Shown here: in pieces, positions 20,410-30,228 of the stretch
Position numbering within the stretch: position 1 is the first letter of the stretch
Layout of the letters: every line of letters begins with the position of its first letter
Source: a virus
Lineage: Duplodnaviria; Caudoviricetes
Strand: one strand, 5' to 3'
IMG/VR virus record: IMGVR_UViG_3300027766_000001
DNA: 64,000 nt
Notes under the pieces: generated by a model
What the model was told of the DNA's origin: nothing
Databases searched by the model: none
Seen by the model: only the letters and a program-made list of their open reading frames with translations
Translations under genes and position numbers: made by a program

Positions 20410-22317
20410 ATGGCCGAGAATAGCACTGTATTGCAAATTCAGGATATCGCTGATGCTGGCGGTAAAGTTGTGTTTCTGGACAGCGCAGGTGAGCTGAAAA
20501 GCTTTGCCTTGTCCCAGATCACGGATCTTCTGAAAAACAATCTGTCTGCTGATTCGTTAGCGTCCAGCGATGCCCTGAGTATGATTGGCCAGGTCGAGTC
20601 CTTTGCGGCTCTGCGTCAATTGAAGCCCAAGAAAGACGGTATGCGTGTTTCTCTTAAAGGGTGGAACGCCGGCTCTACCGAAGGTGGTGGAGAGTTCGTT
20701 GGTTACCTTAGTAAAGGGACTGACGATGGCGGGATGGTGGCAGCTGGGAATGGTTTCCGGTGGGTCCGTGCTTGTCACGATGTTAACACTATCAACGTCA
20801 CGCATTTTGGGGCGAAGATGGATGGGGTGACTGATACGGCAGCCGCGGCTATTGCCATGTACAACTGGAGTGTGAAGAACATGCAAGGCGTGGGTATTCG
20901 TTACCCAGCTGGGGTATGCTTCATTTCTCAGATTAAATTCCCTAATGAACTCAACCTGTTTAAACTCACTGGCGGTCAGACTAACTTCGGTTATCTGAGC
21001 AGCACCATTGTTTACACCGACACCAATAGCAACTTCATCGTTGATATTGCGGCCCGTAAAGTGGAGCTGGCTAACTTTATCTTCCGGGGCAAGGCAACTG
21101 AAGCAACTCCGGATACTAAAGGCGTCTACAACAACAGCATCATCGGCGGTCAGTTCTTTAACATGACCTCTGTGCGTTTTGAACAGATCGGCGGCACCTG
21201 CGTTCAACTGGTCGATACTCTGGATACCAAATTGCATCAGTGGTATGCCTCTGAGTGTCGCGGTGACGTGATTGCGTCTAAATGGTCTGGTCGTGCTGCG
21301 GGTGTGTGGGATCACTCCACTGCCATCGACATGAGCAACTTCAACGTACAGAAATGTGTGGGTGGTAAAGTCTTTAACTTGCCACGTTGCACACAGTCCT
21401 TTATTACCAACGGGTGGATCGAGCACACCGAATTCCCTGGCGATATCTCCAACGGACAATGGATCATTAACGGTTTCAACATGGAAGATTGTAAGAACCC
21501 ACTCAAGGCAACTTACTCTCGTCTGATTGAAAATCAAACGGGCCTGCAGTCAGGCTCTTCTATTGATTACTCCGATGATCCAAATGTCGTTGAATGGCTG
21601 AGCCAGTGGGAGCGTGGTCGAATCGATATCAGCAACCACGGTATTTATATCAACGGTACGCTGGAACCTGGCTCAATGTTGTCTCGCAACAAAATGGGCA
21701 ACAGCGGTGATACGCCGAAGTGGTTCCGTGTGGGTCGCTGGTTCTCGCCGGAAGAAGGTGACCAGCTGGACATCAACATGATTGGCTGCGGTAACTTCCT
21801 GTCGGAAAGCCCTAACCTGAATGACGTTGACGACTCGCGTCAGGGTGGCGGTAATACCCTGATTCGTGTACAGCTCAAGAAGAACGGTGCCATTGGCGGA
21901 ACGCTGATGCCGTGCGGTTCTTCTCCTATCCTGGCAGCGAAGCTGATTAAGGTGAGCGGTGGATCATTTGTGTTGTACGTGCAGCTGAAAGGCTATACGC
22001 GCAACGTGATCCCAATGATCACAGCAACGGGTAAGACGCGCGCTGAAGCTGGTGTGTGTTATTATTTCCGTCCGGACGTCGCAGCGGTAACTGAAGCTGA
22101 GATCGCAGCACAGGAAACTGAACAGAACAAAGTTCAGACTATCTCTGAGCAGTGGTCGATGGGTCAGAAGGCAGGCGTTGGTGCAACTAACGAAGGTCAT
22201 CTGTTGCTGAAAGGTCAGATCAAGAATGATCACCTGGCGGTACGTGTTCTGGTAAGCTCTGCAGCATGGGCGAAGTCAGAAATCCGTTACATCCAGCTGA
22301 AGAAAGACGCAGTGTAA
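20410..22317 (+). CDS. Tailspike-like EPS depolymerase (AmsF/WceF-like)
   Basis: VTHFGAKMDGVTD beta-helix entry, GIRYPAG, NGWIEHTEFPGDISNGQWII; N-terminal QVESFAALR...GGGEF tailspike module. Confidence 0.75.
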   Translation: MAENSTVLQIQDIADAGGKVVFLDSAGELKSFALSQITDLLKNNLSADSLASSDALSMIGQVESFAALRQLKPKKDGMRVSLKGWNAGSTEGGGEFVGYLSKGTDDGGMVAAGNGFRWVRACHDVNTINVTHFGAKMDGVTDTAAAAIAMYNWSVKNMQGVGIRYPAGVCFISQIKFPNELNLFKLTGGQTNFGYLSSTIVYTDTNSNFIVDIAARKVELANFIFRGKATEATPDTKGVYNNSIIGGQFFNMTSVRFEQIGGTCVQLVDTLDTKLHQWYASECRGDVIASKWSGRAAGVWDHSTAIDMSNFNVQKCVGGKVFNLPRCTQSFITNGWIEHTEFPGDISNGQWIINGFNMEDCKNPLKATYSRLIENQTGLQSGSSIDYSDDPNVVEWLSQWERGRIDISNHGIYINGTLEPGSMLSRNKMGNSGDTPKWFRVGRWFSPEEGDQLDINMIGCGNFLSESPNLNDVDDSRQGGGNTLIRVQLKKNGAIGGTLMPCGSSPILAAKLIKVSGGSFVLYVQLKGYTRNVIPMITATGKTRAEAGVCYYFRPDVAAVTEAEIAAQETEQNKVQTISEQWSMGQKAGVGATNEGHLLLKGQIKNDHLAVRVLVSSAAWAKSEIRYIQLKKDAV

Positions 22318-22321
22318 TATA

Positions 22322-22351
22322 AGGCGGGACTTCGGTCCCGCTTTTATGCCG
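22322..22351 (+). terminator. Hairpin + TTATGCCG
   Basis: GCGGGAC-ttcg-GTCCCGC-TTTTATGCCG. Confidence 0.75.
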
Positions 22352-22392
22352 CCATGTTATGTCTTACGGCAAGGTAAGTCGAGGGAAGTGAA

Positions 22393-22905
22393 ATGTTCGA
22401 AACAATAATAAACTACTTGTATCATAAGTTCGCTAATAAAAGTGGGGATGTAAAAATGACAGACGTAGTCGCTGAAGGTCAAGGTGTCGTTGCAGCACCT
22501 GCGGTAGATCCAACACCTACTCCGGTAGGTCAGGCGGTCGTGCGTGCAGAAGTGACAGCAGAGGTGAAACCTGCTTCACTGCTGGAAACAGTAGAAGGTG
22601 TTGCGGAGTCAGTGGTTAATGAAGTAAAAGCTGATGTGACCGCCGTCATCAAAGGCGTAGAAGACAAGATCGCTGAGGTCTTGACGGAACGCGCCGACAA
22701 ACTGCTGGATGCGGTAAAAGAACTGCTGGCAACCGCGGGTCATGACCTGGGTCCGGTGTTTGATGATGCCGCAGCTCTGGCTAAGGCGTTCTCGTCTAAC
22801 GACGATGAAGCAGCCGACAAAGTCCTCAATATCCTGAAGGTTGCCGGTCACGAGTTCGGTAACAAAGGTGTCGGTATTCTGGCGTTTGTCAAGAAGCACC
22901 TGTAA
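22393..22905 (+). CDS. Hypothetical Ala/Val-rich protein
   Basis: 170 aa (alternative start 22456); internal LxxAGH repeat. Confidence 0.7.
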   Translation: MFETIINYLYHKFANKSGDVKMTDVVAEGQGVVAAPAVDPTPTPVGQAVVRAEVTAEVKPASLLETVEGVAESVVNEVKADVTAVIKGVEDKIAEVLTERADKLLDAVKELLATAGHDLGPVFDDAAALAKAFSSNDDEAADKVLNILKVAGHEFGNKGVGILAFVKKHL

Positions 22906-22911
22906 GCAATA

Positions 22912-22940
22912 GGGCAGACTTCGGTCTGCCTTTTATGCCG
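22912..22940 (+). terminator. Hairpin + TTATGCCG
   Basis: GGCAGAC-ttcg-GTCTGCC-TTTTATGCCG. Confidence 0.75.
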
Positions 22941-22983
22941 ATTGATGATATGTATCATCACTTGAACACGGGGTTCATGCATC

Positions 22984-23943
22984 ATGATAGAGGCCATTTT
23001 ATTCGGTGGTAGCAGTAAAGTGCTGCTCCGCTATTCCGGTCCGGGTAACAAACAGCTTGTGGCTGGCGACAAACACAATGGCTGGCTTGGACTGATCGAC
23101 ACAGCGTTGATGCCAACCTTACAGCAAGTGGCTGCGAACGCCGGCTTGACAGTAGGGGCTTACGGTGGCACAACCAACACACCGCCCTTCTGGTTGAAAG
23201 CGGTGATCAATGACAAGTTTATTTTTGTCCCCAACGGTCCGTGGTCGACGACTGTCAATTGGGCACAGCTTTATAATGCAGGATTGGTATACGGGACCGA
23301 TGACACGGGCCCCGGCAAGCCGCTTAATTTAACGGGCGTCAATCAGCTGAACTACTTTGAATGGAAGGCGCCTGATGGGTCGTCGTGGTTATTCAAAGTC
23401 CGTTTACTGCAAGACAACGTTCCGGTCTCTGTGGGTGCAACTTCTGAAGTCACCACAACCACCATACAAAGCTCTGAACAGTTTACCTTGTTCAGCCATC
23501 TTTTCCGTGGGGGTCAGCCTGTCGATAACATTAAATGGGATGACTTGACCAACACTGCAGGACTTTACCCATTCCAGACGTTTGGTCAGACGGTTGCCAG
23601 TAACGGTTACATTCACACTTTTACAAGTAACGGTCAACCTGACGCGGGATACTTCTACGCCCCAACAGGTGTGTCCTTGGTTTGGTTACCTGTGCTGGAA
23701 GTGGTAAGTCCTGAGGATAACCTGATCTTTGCGTTGAGTGTCCAAAGCACACGATCGCAAGCAATACCTGTTGCGGCAACTGCAACCTCAATCAAGTATC
23801 AGGTTGCACAGGACGTAGCAGGGTTAGGCACACCCGCCCAACCGGTCTCGCCTTCGTTCTCTTCATCGACGCTGGCTGCACCTGGTGACTTTAGAGCAAC
23901 CAATGCCAACATGTATTCTGTGGCACCTACAGCGAGTAAATAA
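22984..23943 (+). CDS. Putative virion structural protein, GPG paralog family
   Basis: SGPGNKQLVAGD...GWLG, NDKFIFVP, WLPVLEVV. Confidence 0.7.
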   Translation: MIEAILFGGSSKVLLRYSGPGNKQLVAGDKHNGWLGLIDTALMPTLQQVAANAGLTVGAYGGTTNTPPFWLKAVINDKFIFVPNGPWSTTVNWAQLYNAGLVYGTDDTGPGKPLNLTGVNQLNYFEWKAPDGSSWLFKVRLLQDNVPVSVGATSEVTTTTIQSSEQFTLFSHLFRGGQPVDNIKWDDLTNTAGLYPFQTFGQTVASNGYIHTFTSNGQPDAGYFYAPTGVSLVWLPVLEVVSPEDNLIFALSVQSTRSQAIPVAATATSIKYQVAQDVAGLGTPAQPVSPSFSSSTLAAPGDFRATNANMYSVAPTASK

Positions 23944-23945
23944 TC

Positions 23946-24773
23946 ATGTTCATTAATCTGGCTTGGACCAATGCCAACATTGGCTCCGTTACCACGAATA
24001 TCTACCGTGGCACCGCAGAGCTCGATCGTAAGAATCTCGGTACTCCGCTGGCAACGTTAACCAACGGTGAAACCACCTATAAAGACAGTAACGTTACCCT
24101 GGGCACAACTTACTATTACGTGATTGAGTTTGTCTCAGGTGGTACCAAGGTCACCACCCGTAACTTCCCACTGGTAGCGCAATACGTACGTGGCCACGGC
24201 AACCCTACTATCGTCTTAGGGAGCGATGCGTACGGCTTCATTGACTACGTGTCACTGGGTCGCATCACTTCGCTGTTAACCCAACTGGGAATGCCAACCA
24301 CTGGCATTGCGGACGGTTTGGTACCACAGGGCATTAAGTTCTCCTACAATGGCAAGGTAGTAATCGCCACCCAATTCGCTGCAAGTGCTATTGCCAGTGT
24401 TAACTCGTCATTCACCCCACTGCTGAATAATGCTGACGGTGTGCAGGTGACCATTGACGGCTTTAAGTACATCGTGCGGTTACCCAAAGGCATGCCAGCA
24501 AGTTGGGACAACGCCAGTCGCCCAACCACGGCAATGGATTGGGATACTGACTTTATTAAACTGTGCCTGTGTCAGTATAACCAGCTGGTGCCAAATGACG
24601 CTGAGACATTGGGTAAGTTGAATAGCTTGTCCAAGAACTCAACAGTGATCTTCCGTGAAACCAACGGCGGATATATCTGTACACGCAACGTGTCAACCAG
24701 TGCACCCAGCTGGCCTACGGTTGGCAACAACGTAACTGGTAACGTCTTCTTATTGTTTGAACTGGTGGAATAA
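23946..24773 (+). CDS. Putative virion protein, Fn3-like N-domain + paralog domain
   Basis: INLAWTN...IYRG...YKD...YYYVI; NGKVVI; LFELVE. Confidence 0.7.
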   Translation: MFINLAWTNANIGSVTTNIYRGTAELDRKNLGTPLATLTNGETTYKDSNVTLGTTYYYVIEFVSGGTKVTTRNFPLVAQYVRGHGNPTIVLGSDAYGFIDYVSLGRITSLLTQLGMPTTGIADGLVPQGIKFSYNGKVVIATQFAASAIASVNSSFTPLLNNADGVQVTIDGFKYIVRLPKGMPASWDNASRPTTAMDWDTDFIKLCLCQYNQLVPNDAETLGKLNSLSKNSTVIFRETNGGYICTRNVSTSAPSWPTVGNNVTGNVFLLFELVE

Positions 24774-24776
24774 CCC

Positions 24777-25727
24777 ATGGCGATCACTTTAAACTGGACC
24801 AACAAAAACACGGGTATCACGAACTTCAAAGTGTACCGTGGTACCTCGCGTGGTAACCTCAGCCTGTTAACCACACTTGCCAGTACGGCATTAACCTACA
24901 GTGACACCAGTGCATCAAACAACGTACTGTACTACTACCAGATCAATGCGGTAATCGGTGCGTCGGAAGAGATCCCTGGATCAATCGTTCCTTATGCAAA
25001 CATCACCGATACCGGACCGGGTCCGCAAACGTTAGTGCGCGGCACCATGGAGTTTGGTTATTTCGGTACGTTAGCAGCGGCGGACTTTGTTGCCTCTTCC
25101 GATATGCAAGCCGCTTTCCCGGTAGGGTCAGCTTACGCAACCGCGGTCACGTTCTGGTTTAAGATGGCGTGCAACGGGAAAGTGTTGTTTATCCCTAATC
25201 AGCCAGCACGTTCTCTTTCACAGTCCACTGTTAACACGCTGAACGGCCTGTATAATGCAGGGTGTCTGTTGGGTACCGGTGAAGCGACGGTCCCACACGC
25301 AGCCATCACTGCTGGCAGCACACCGGTGATGCAAAACAAGAAAGTGACGTTCGGCGCGTATGAGTTCTACGCCCGGATGCCAAAGGCGGCACAGTCTACG
25401 GATATCAAATCGAATCTGGTCATCCCCGCCACCATCACGCCAGACATTGCGTTTTCGGAAGCGTCGTTAATGGCATCACTGAACACCACGTGGCTTGCCA
25501 CCCCTGCGAGCATTGCTGCTGGTGCCATGCCCTCACAACCGCACAGTGGTAACAGTGCATTGGTCATGGGTGGGGCGACTATGCTAACACAGCACGCAAC
25601 GGCGAGTAATGTGGTGGCCCTGCTTAATACCAACGGCACTGTGACGTCGTGTGTTTACGCCAGTCCAGCCACTTCCAGCATTACGGCGTATATTTACGGT
25701 ATCCTCGAACTCATTCCTTCGAGTTAG
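24777..25727 (+). CDS. Putative virion protein, Fn3-like N-domain + paralog domain
   Basis: ITLNWTN...VYRG...YSD...YYYQI; TGPGPQTL..G...GYFG; NGKVLFIP; ILELIP. Confidence 0.7.
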   Translation: MAITLNWTNKNTGITNFKVYRGTSRGNLSLLTTLASTALTYSDTSASNNVLYYYQINAVIGASEEIPGSIVPYANITDTGPGPQTLVRGTMEFGYFGTLAAADFVASSDMQAAFPVGSAYATAVTFWFKMACNGKVLFIPNQPARSLSQSTVNTLNGLYNAGCLLGTGEATVPHAAITAGSTPVMQNKKVTFGAYEFYARMPKAAQSTDIKSNLVIPATITPDIAFSEASLMASLNTTWLATPASIAAGAMPSQPHSGNSALVMGGATMLTQHATASNVVALLNTNGTVTSCVYASPATSSITAYIYGILELIPSS

Positions 25728-25882
25728 CTGATGTCAGCCGTCAGTGGAGTTGGCAAAATGGTTGGTGGGATGCTGGGTAACGTCTTGCGTTTGTAAAACA
25801 TTACATACTTCACTGGTATATATAACCACACACTTATTGGTCAGGGTTCTTCCCTGGCCTTTATTCCCATCAAGGACTGCTT

Positions 25883-26143
25883 ATGATTTCAGACATTACT
25901 GTTGGTCACGTTTACCGCTCACCATCAGGCTTGCCGTTTCAGGTATTGGCGAAAGCCGCCCACGGCCAAGACTGCTCATTATCGATGATCGTTTATCAGA
26001 ACTTGACAGCGACCTATGACTATCCGCCGGGCAAAACCTGGGTGGAGTCCGAGTCGATGTTTCTCAAGCAGTTTACCGAATATGACTCTGGAGTGTATTA
26101 TGACTTTAACCATGCAGCAACACCTCAGGGAGCGCGGCTATGA
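25883..26143 (+). CDS. DUF1653-family protein
   Basis: YRSPSGLPFQVLAKAAH...MIVYQNL...WVESESMF. Confidence 0.75.
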   Translation: MISDITVGHVYRSPSGLPFQVLAKAAHGQDCSLSMIVYQNLTATYDYPPGKTWVESESMFLKQFTEYDSGVYYDFNHAATPQGARL

Positions 26144-26649
26144 CCTAGAGCGCTACCCAACCACCTGGTTGACTGAGACCAGTATGACCGTTCCCCTGTT
26201 TGACTTTGATGGCAAATTAAAAGGCTATCAGACCTATACCCCCGATGCGCCGAAGAAGCCACTAACGAACAATCCAAAAGAGGCGAAGTACTTCACTCGC
26301 ATGATGGGTCATGGTCAGCTCGTCTGGGGAACTGAATTGGAGTTGGCTGTGGAGTATGAAATTAACAACCAACAGACCAACAACCGTATTCTTAACTGAA
26401 TCGGTTTTCAAAGCGTGTGCGTTACACCGGTTAGGATTTAACGCCTGGTCAGTGCTCGGGAGCAACGTTTCTGAGGCGCTGTATAAACAGTTGTGTTTAC
26501 TTCCTTATCGGTTTGTTTGTGCCGGAGACGATGACAAGGCAGGTCACGCGTTCTCTGAGACATTTAAATATGGGTTTGTTTCTTCTGACTTAGATGAATT
26601 ATCGTCTGAAGAAGTCTTGCGTCTTGCAACCCCATTTGTTGATTATTAA
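26100..26649 (+). CDS. TOPRIM (primase-like) protein split over two frames: 26100-26399 and about 26356-26649
   Basis: 5' part VPLFDFDGKLKGYQTY...KYFTR...VWGTE; +1 frame VFLTESVFKACALH...VCAGDDDKAG (TOPRIM E and DxD). Confidence 0.65.
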
Positions 26650-26663
26650 AAGAGACTACCACC

Positions 26664-27989
26664 ATGAGTGAAGGACGTGCTGTAAAAGAAGAGTTTCGTC
26701 AACTCGCCCGGATCGTGGAAATCGACGATGTATTACCCCACCCGAATGCCGACCGTATGGAACTGGCCATCGTCGGTGGCTGGCAGATCTGTATCAAGCT
26801 CGGTGAGTTTAAGAAAGGCGATTGGGCGTTGTATTGCGAGATCGATTCACTGGTACCGACCATCTTGCCGGAATTCAGATTCCTGGAAGAGCGTGGTCAG
26901 GATATCAAGGTGTTTAACGATCAGACTTACTGTCGCATCAAATCCATTAAGCTGCGTAAAGAGATGTCGCAAGGGTTGCTGGTTCCGATCCCTGTGGCAC
27001 TCGCCTCGGCTGGCAAGGTAGAGGGCGACGACTGCACCGAAGAACTCGGTGTGTTGAAGTACGACAAGTCCGAATCAAAGGTGACCAATCCGGTTGAGCA
27101 ACAATACAGCTGGTATCACCGCCTGGCACTGCGTATCCTGGGCCCGCAGCCTGAACCGCTGCCTTTCCCCTCCTTCCTGCGTAAGTCCGAGGAGAATCGC
27201 GTACAGAACGCCTCCTCTATGTATAAGCATGCGGTAGAGAACCGTGAAGAGTTTGAAGTGTCTGTCAAGCTCGACGGCGAATCCATGACTGTGTACAGCA
27301 TGGAGGATAACGGGCGTCTGGTCACCGGCGTGTGTTCACGTAACACCGAAATTGAACAGCGGGACATCGTCTACAGCTGGCCACGTGCGATTCGTCGCTG
27401 GATCGGTTTGCTGATGCTGCGTAACCGTCGTGCAATTCAACCACGCTGCTTCGTTAAACCAGAAGGCAAGTTTGGTCTGGCGTGGATTAAACAGCTGATT
27501 GATCTTAATCGTGAGTCGCGCTTCATTAACATGGGCACACCGAAGTTTGTGCGTGTCATCAAGGCCAGCGATGACAGCTTCCTGCGCACAGCCTTGAATT
27601 GGGCGGTGATGGAAAAGCTCAAGCTCGAGTACAAACGTCGTGGTGTAGCATACACGGTGCAAGGTGAAGTGGTCGGGCCGGGCGTTCAGGGTAACTACGA
27701 AGGTATGGACGAGAAGCAGTACTTCGTCTATCGCGTCTATGTAAATGGTCGTACACCACTGCTACCCGAAGAAGCCCGTGAAGTGTGTAAACGCATTGGC
27801 CTCAGTTATGTGCCGGTATTGGATGACAACTTCCGTTTACCGGTCGACATGAAGGGCTTACTGCGTTACGCCGAAGGTCCTCGCTTCTTTGCCAAGAACG
27901 GTCACCGTGAAGGCATCGTGGTGAAATCCAAAACCCGCGACTTCTCGCTTAAAATCATCTCCAACAAATATCTGCTGAACGAAGCATAG
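26664..27989 (+). CDS. RNA ligase, DRB0094/Rnl2-like
   Basis: HPNADRMELAIVGGWQ...EIDS N-domain; KLDGES, CSRN, QGEVVG, YFVY, REGIVVK, LKIISNKYLL. Confidence 0.9.
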   Translation: MSEGRAVKEEFRQLARIVEIDDVLPHPNADRMELAIVGGWQICIKLGEFKKGDWALYCEIDSLVPTILPEFRFLEERGQDIKVFNDQTYCRIKSIKLRKEMSQGLLVPIPVALASAGKVEGDDCTEELGVLKYDKSESKVTNPVEQQYSWYHRLALRILGPQPEPLPFPSFLRKSEENRVQNASSMYKHAVENREEFEVSVKLDGESMTVYSMEDNGRLVTGVCSRNTEIEQRDIVYSWPRAIRRWIGLLMLRNRRAIQPRCFVKPEGKFGLAWIKQLIDLNRESRFINMGTPKFVRVIKASDDSFLRTALNWAVMEKLKLEYKRRGVAYTVQGEVVGPGVQGNYEGMDEKQYFVYRVYVNGRTPLLPEEAREVCKRIGLSYVPVLDDNFRLPVDMKGLLRYAEGPRFFAKNGHREGIVVKSKTRDFSLKIISNKYLLNEA

Positions 27990-27998
27990 GAACAGATC

Positions 27999-28598
27999 AT
28001 GGCTAAACTCGAATTTCGTTTTGGCAGCATGAACACGGGCAAGTCTACCGGGTTAATTCAGGTGTGGCACAACTACACCGAACTCAAACGTTCTTGTTTG
28101 ATCCTGAAACCCAGCGTAGATACGCGTGATGGTGACAATGTATCAAAAGTCACCAGTCGTGTTGGGTTGGAAGCACCGGCGGTACTGTTCAGTGTCGACA
28201 GCGTATTAATGGATGTGGTTTCACGACTGATCCGTGAAGTGCGCCCGCATTGCATCTTGATTGATGAAGCCCAGTTCATGACAGAGCAGCAGGTGCGTGA
28301 TATCGCTGGCATCGTGGATATCTTTAAGATTCCGGTCATTGCCTTTGGTTTGCGTACCGACTTCCAGGGTAAGCTGTTCCCGGGGTCTGCAGCGATGTTG
28401 TCGATTGCGGACAAACTCACTGAAACCAAAACCATCTGTGGTGATCCGAGCTTCTGTACTCGTAAAGCCACGCATGTGCTTCGCTTAGACAAGCATGGTG
28501 ATGCAGTGAAGGACGGTCCACAGGTCGAAGTAGGCGGTAACGACCGCTACGTGGCAGTGTGTCGTTATCACCACGGCAAGTCCATGGGTTACTACTGA
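27999..28598 (+). CDS. tdk: Thymidine kinase
   Basis: GSMNTGKS, IDEAQF, GLRTDF...FPGS, C...C zinc site, GGNDRYVAVCR. Confidence 0.95.
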   Translation: MAKLEFRFGSMNTGKSTGLIQVWHNYTELKRSCLILKPSVDTRDGDNVSKVTSRVGLEAPAVLFSVDSVLMDVVSRLIREVRPHCILIDEAQFMTEQQVRDIAGIVDIFKIPVIAFGLRTDFQGKLFPGSAAMLSIADKLTETKTICGDPSFCTRKATHVLRLDKHGDAVKDGPQVEVGGNDRYVAVCRYHHGKSMGYY

Positions 28599-28604
28599 TC
28601 ATAC

Positions 28605-28634
28605 GGGCAGGGCTTCGGTCCTGCCTTTATGCTG
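28605..28634 (+). terminator. Hairpin + TTATGCTG
   Basis: GGCAGGGC-ttcg-GTCCTGCC-TTTATGCTG. Confidence 0.7.
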
Positions 28635-28673
28635 ATCAAATTCTATAACAGCAGAAGTAATCAATGGGGTGCG

Positions 28674-29384
28674 ATGATGTTAGAAATGATTATGGGGAGG
28701 AGCAGAGGGAGTATTGTGCCAGGTACCCCGGTCATGGGGTTCAACTTTGATCTGGGGAAAAGCACCAGTACGCCAGCCACAACTGGCTACTCAGGTGGAG
28801 TAATCTCAAAAAACGCAGCAGGCCCTGAATTGAGTGGGTATGCTCAAAGCCTGCGCTGTAATGGCACCTTCGCCAACGTCACACCACTAAGTGCATTGGA
28901 TACCCTTGGGACCAGTGATTTTACATTGGAGTGCTGGTGCTGGATGACCACTATTCCAGGTGATTACTATCCGCTTATTCTGATCACCTTTAAAAACGGC
29001 AAGTACCTGACCATCCGTGTGGCTAACGGCGGGTACGGTCAGCGTATGCAGGTGGGTATTGATCTGGGCAATGGTGGTAACTTCAGTCCTAACGTAACCG
29101 GTACGTCATTACGTAATGGCTGGCATCACTTCGCACTGGTGCGTAAAGATAACCGCTGTGTGTTCTACATCGACGGTAATCAACAGATGCTGGCCGCAGG
29201 AGTCGGCACGACGTATAACTTGCCTGACTTCAACGGTGCGTTTGATTTATCAGGTGGGATGTCTGCTTTCACTATTGGTAAGGCCAGCAGCGGAACCGGT
29301 GATCTGTATATGCCCGAATTTGGGATGTATAACTTCGCACGTTACAGCGCTAGCTTCACACCACCACACCCAATCTACAAATAG
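28674..29384 (+). CDS. LamG/ConA-like lectin domain protein
   Basis: DFTLECWCW, WHHFALVRK...FYIDG, FARYSASFTPP. Confidence 0.85.
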   Translation: MMLEMIMGRSRGSIVPGTPVMGFNFDLGKSTSTPATTGYSGGVISKNAAGPELSGYAQSLRCNGTFANVTPLSALDTLGTSDFTLECWCWMTTIPGDYYPLILITFKNGKYLTIRVANGGYGQRMQVGIDLGNGGNFSPNVTGTSLRNGWHHFALVRKDNRCVFYIDGNQQMLAAGVGTTYNLPDFNGAFDLSGGMSAFTIGKASSGTGDLYMPEFGMYNFARYSASFTPPHPIYK

Positions 29385-29392
29385 GTGCTCCT

Positions 29393-30109
29393 ATGCTGGA
29401 GATGATATTAGGTAAACCCAAGGCAAAGATCGGTGGACCCATACTTGGGTATAACTGGTCCGCCGGTACGAGTACAAGTTCGCCGGATGTAACAACGTAT
29501 AGCGGTGGTGTCACCACACCACTGAGCGAATCTAGCGCATTGGCTGGATACAGCAATACGTTGCGCGCACTGAGTACCACTATCCAATTATCCAAACCGA
29601 CCGCGCTCAACTCCCTGGCATTACAAGACTTTACGTGTGAAGGGTGGTTTTGGTGCTCGACGATCCCCAATAATTACCAAACGTTGTTTCAAATAAAGTG
29701 GCCGGGAATTGGTGATGTTTTCATGCAGTTCGGTGACAGTGGGTTTGGTAACCGATTGCAGACTGGCCTGCGTGCAGCGTACGCCACCAATGAAACCTTT
29801 AGCACACCGTATACGCGGGCTAATTTTCTTAACGCCTGGCATCACATTGCGTTAGTGCGTAAAGACAGCAGGATTCGTTTGTATATCGACGGCGTGTTAC
29901 AGGCTATGGCGGCTGGGACAAGCACAACGTACAATGTCTACGACATGACGGGTAATTACAGCTTGACTGGCACGCCGAGTTTGTGTCAGATCAGCGGGAC
30001 CTATGCAACACCGAGTGATATCTACACACCTGAATTCTTATTTACCCTTGGCGCTAAATACACCGCCAACTTTACACCACCGAAGGGCCCTATCGTCAGC
30101 TTGACATAA
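29393..30109 (+). CDS. LamG/ConA-like lectin domain protein (tandem paralog)
   Basis: DFTCEGWFW, WHHIALVRK...LYIDG, AKYTANFTPP. Confidence 0.85.
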   Translation: MLEMILGKPKAKIGGPILGYNWSAGTSTSSPDVTTYSGGVTTPLSESSALAGYSNTLRALSTTIQLSKPTALNSLALQDFTCEGWFWCSTIPNNYQTLFQIKWPGIGDVFMQFGDSGFGNRLQTGLRAAYATNETFSTPYTRANFLNAWHHIALVRKDSRIRLYIDGVLQAMAAGTSTTYNVYDMTGNYSLTGTPSLCQISGTYATPSDIYTPEFLFTLGAKYTANFTPPKGPIVSLT

Positions 30110-30111
30110 AT

Positions 30112-30141
30112 GCCAGGGGTTACGCCCCTGGCTTTATGCCG
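30112..30141 (+). terminator. Hairpin + TTATGCCG
   Basis: GCCAGGGG-ttacg-CCCCTGGC-TTTATGCCG. Confidence 0.75.
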
Positions 30142-30158
30142 CCTAAATGTTTTTATAC

Positions 30159-30177
30159 CTACATTACCAATATGTAT
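30159..30177 (+). promoter_or_regulatory. Early promoter
   Basis: CTACATTACCAATATGTAT. Confidence 0.6.
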
Positions 30178-30228
30178 CTCCCAACTAATTGCTTTACATT
30201 TATAGCGTTCAACGATTAAGGAGACGGA

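Noticed and set aside
25731-25796. 21-codon amphipathic ORF MSAVSGVGKMVGGMLGNVLRL
   Set aside because: No RBS; likely chance.
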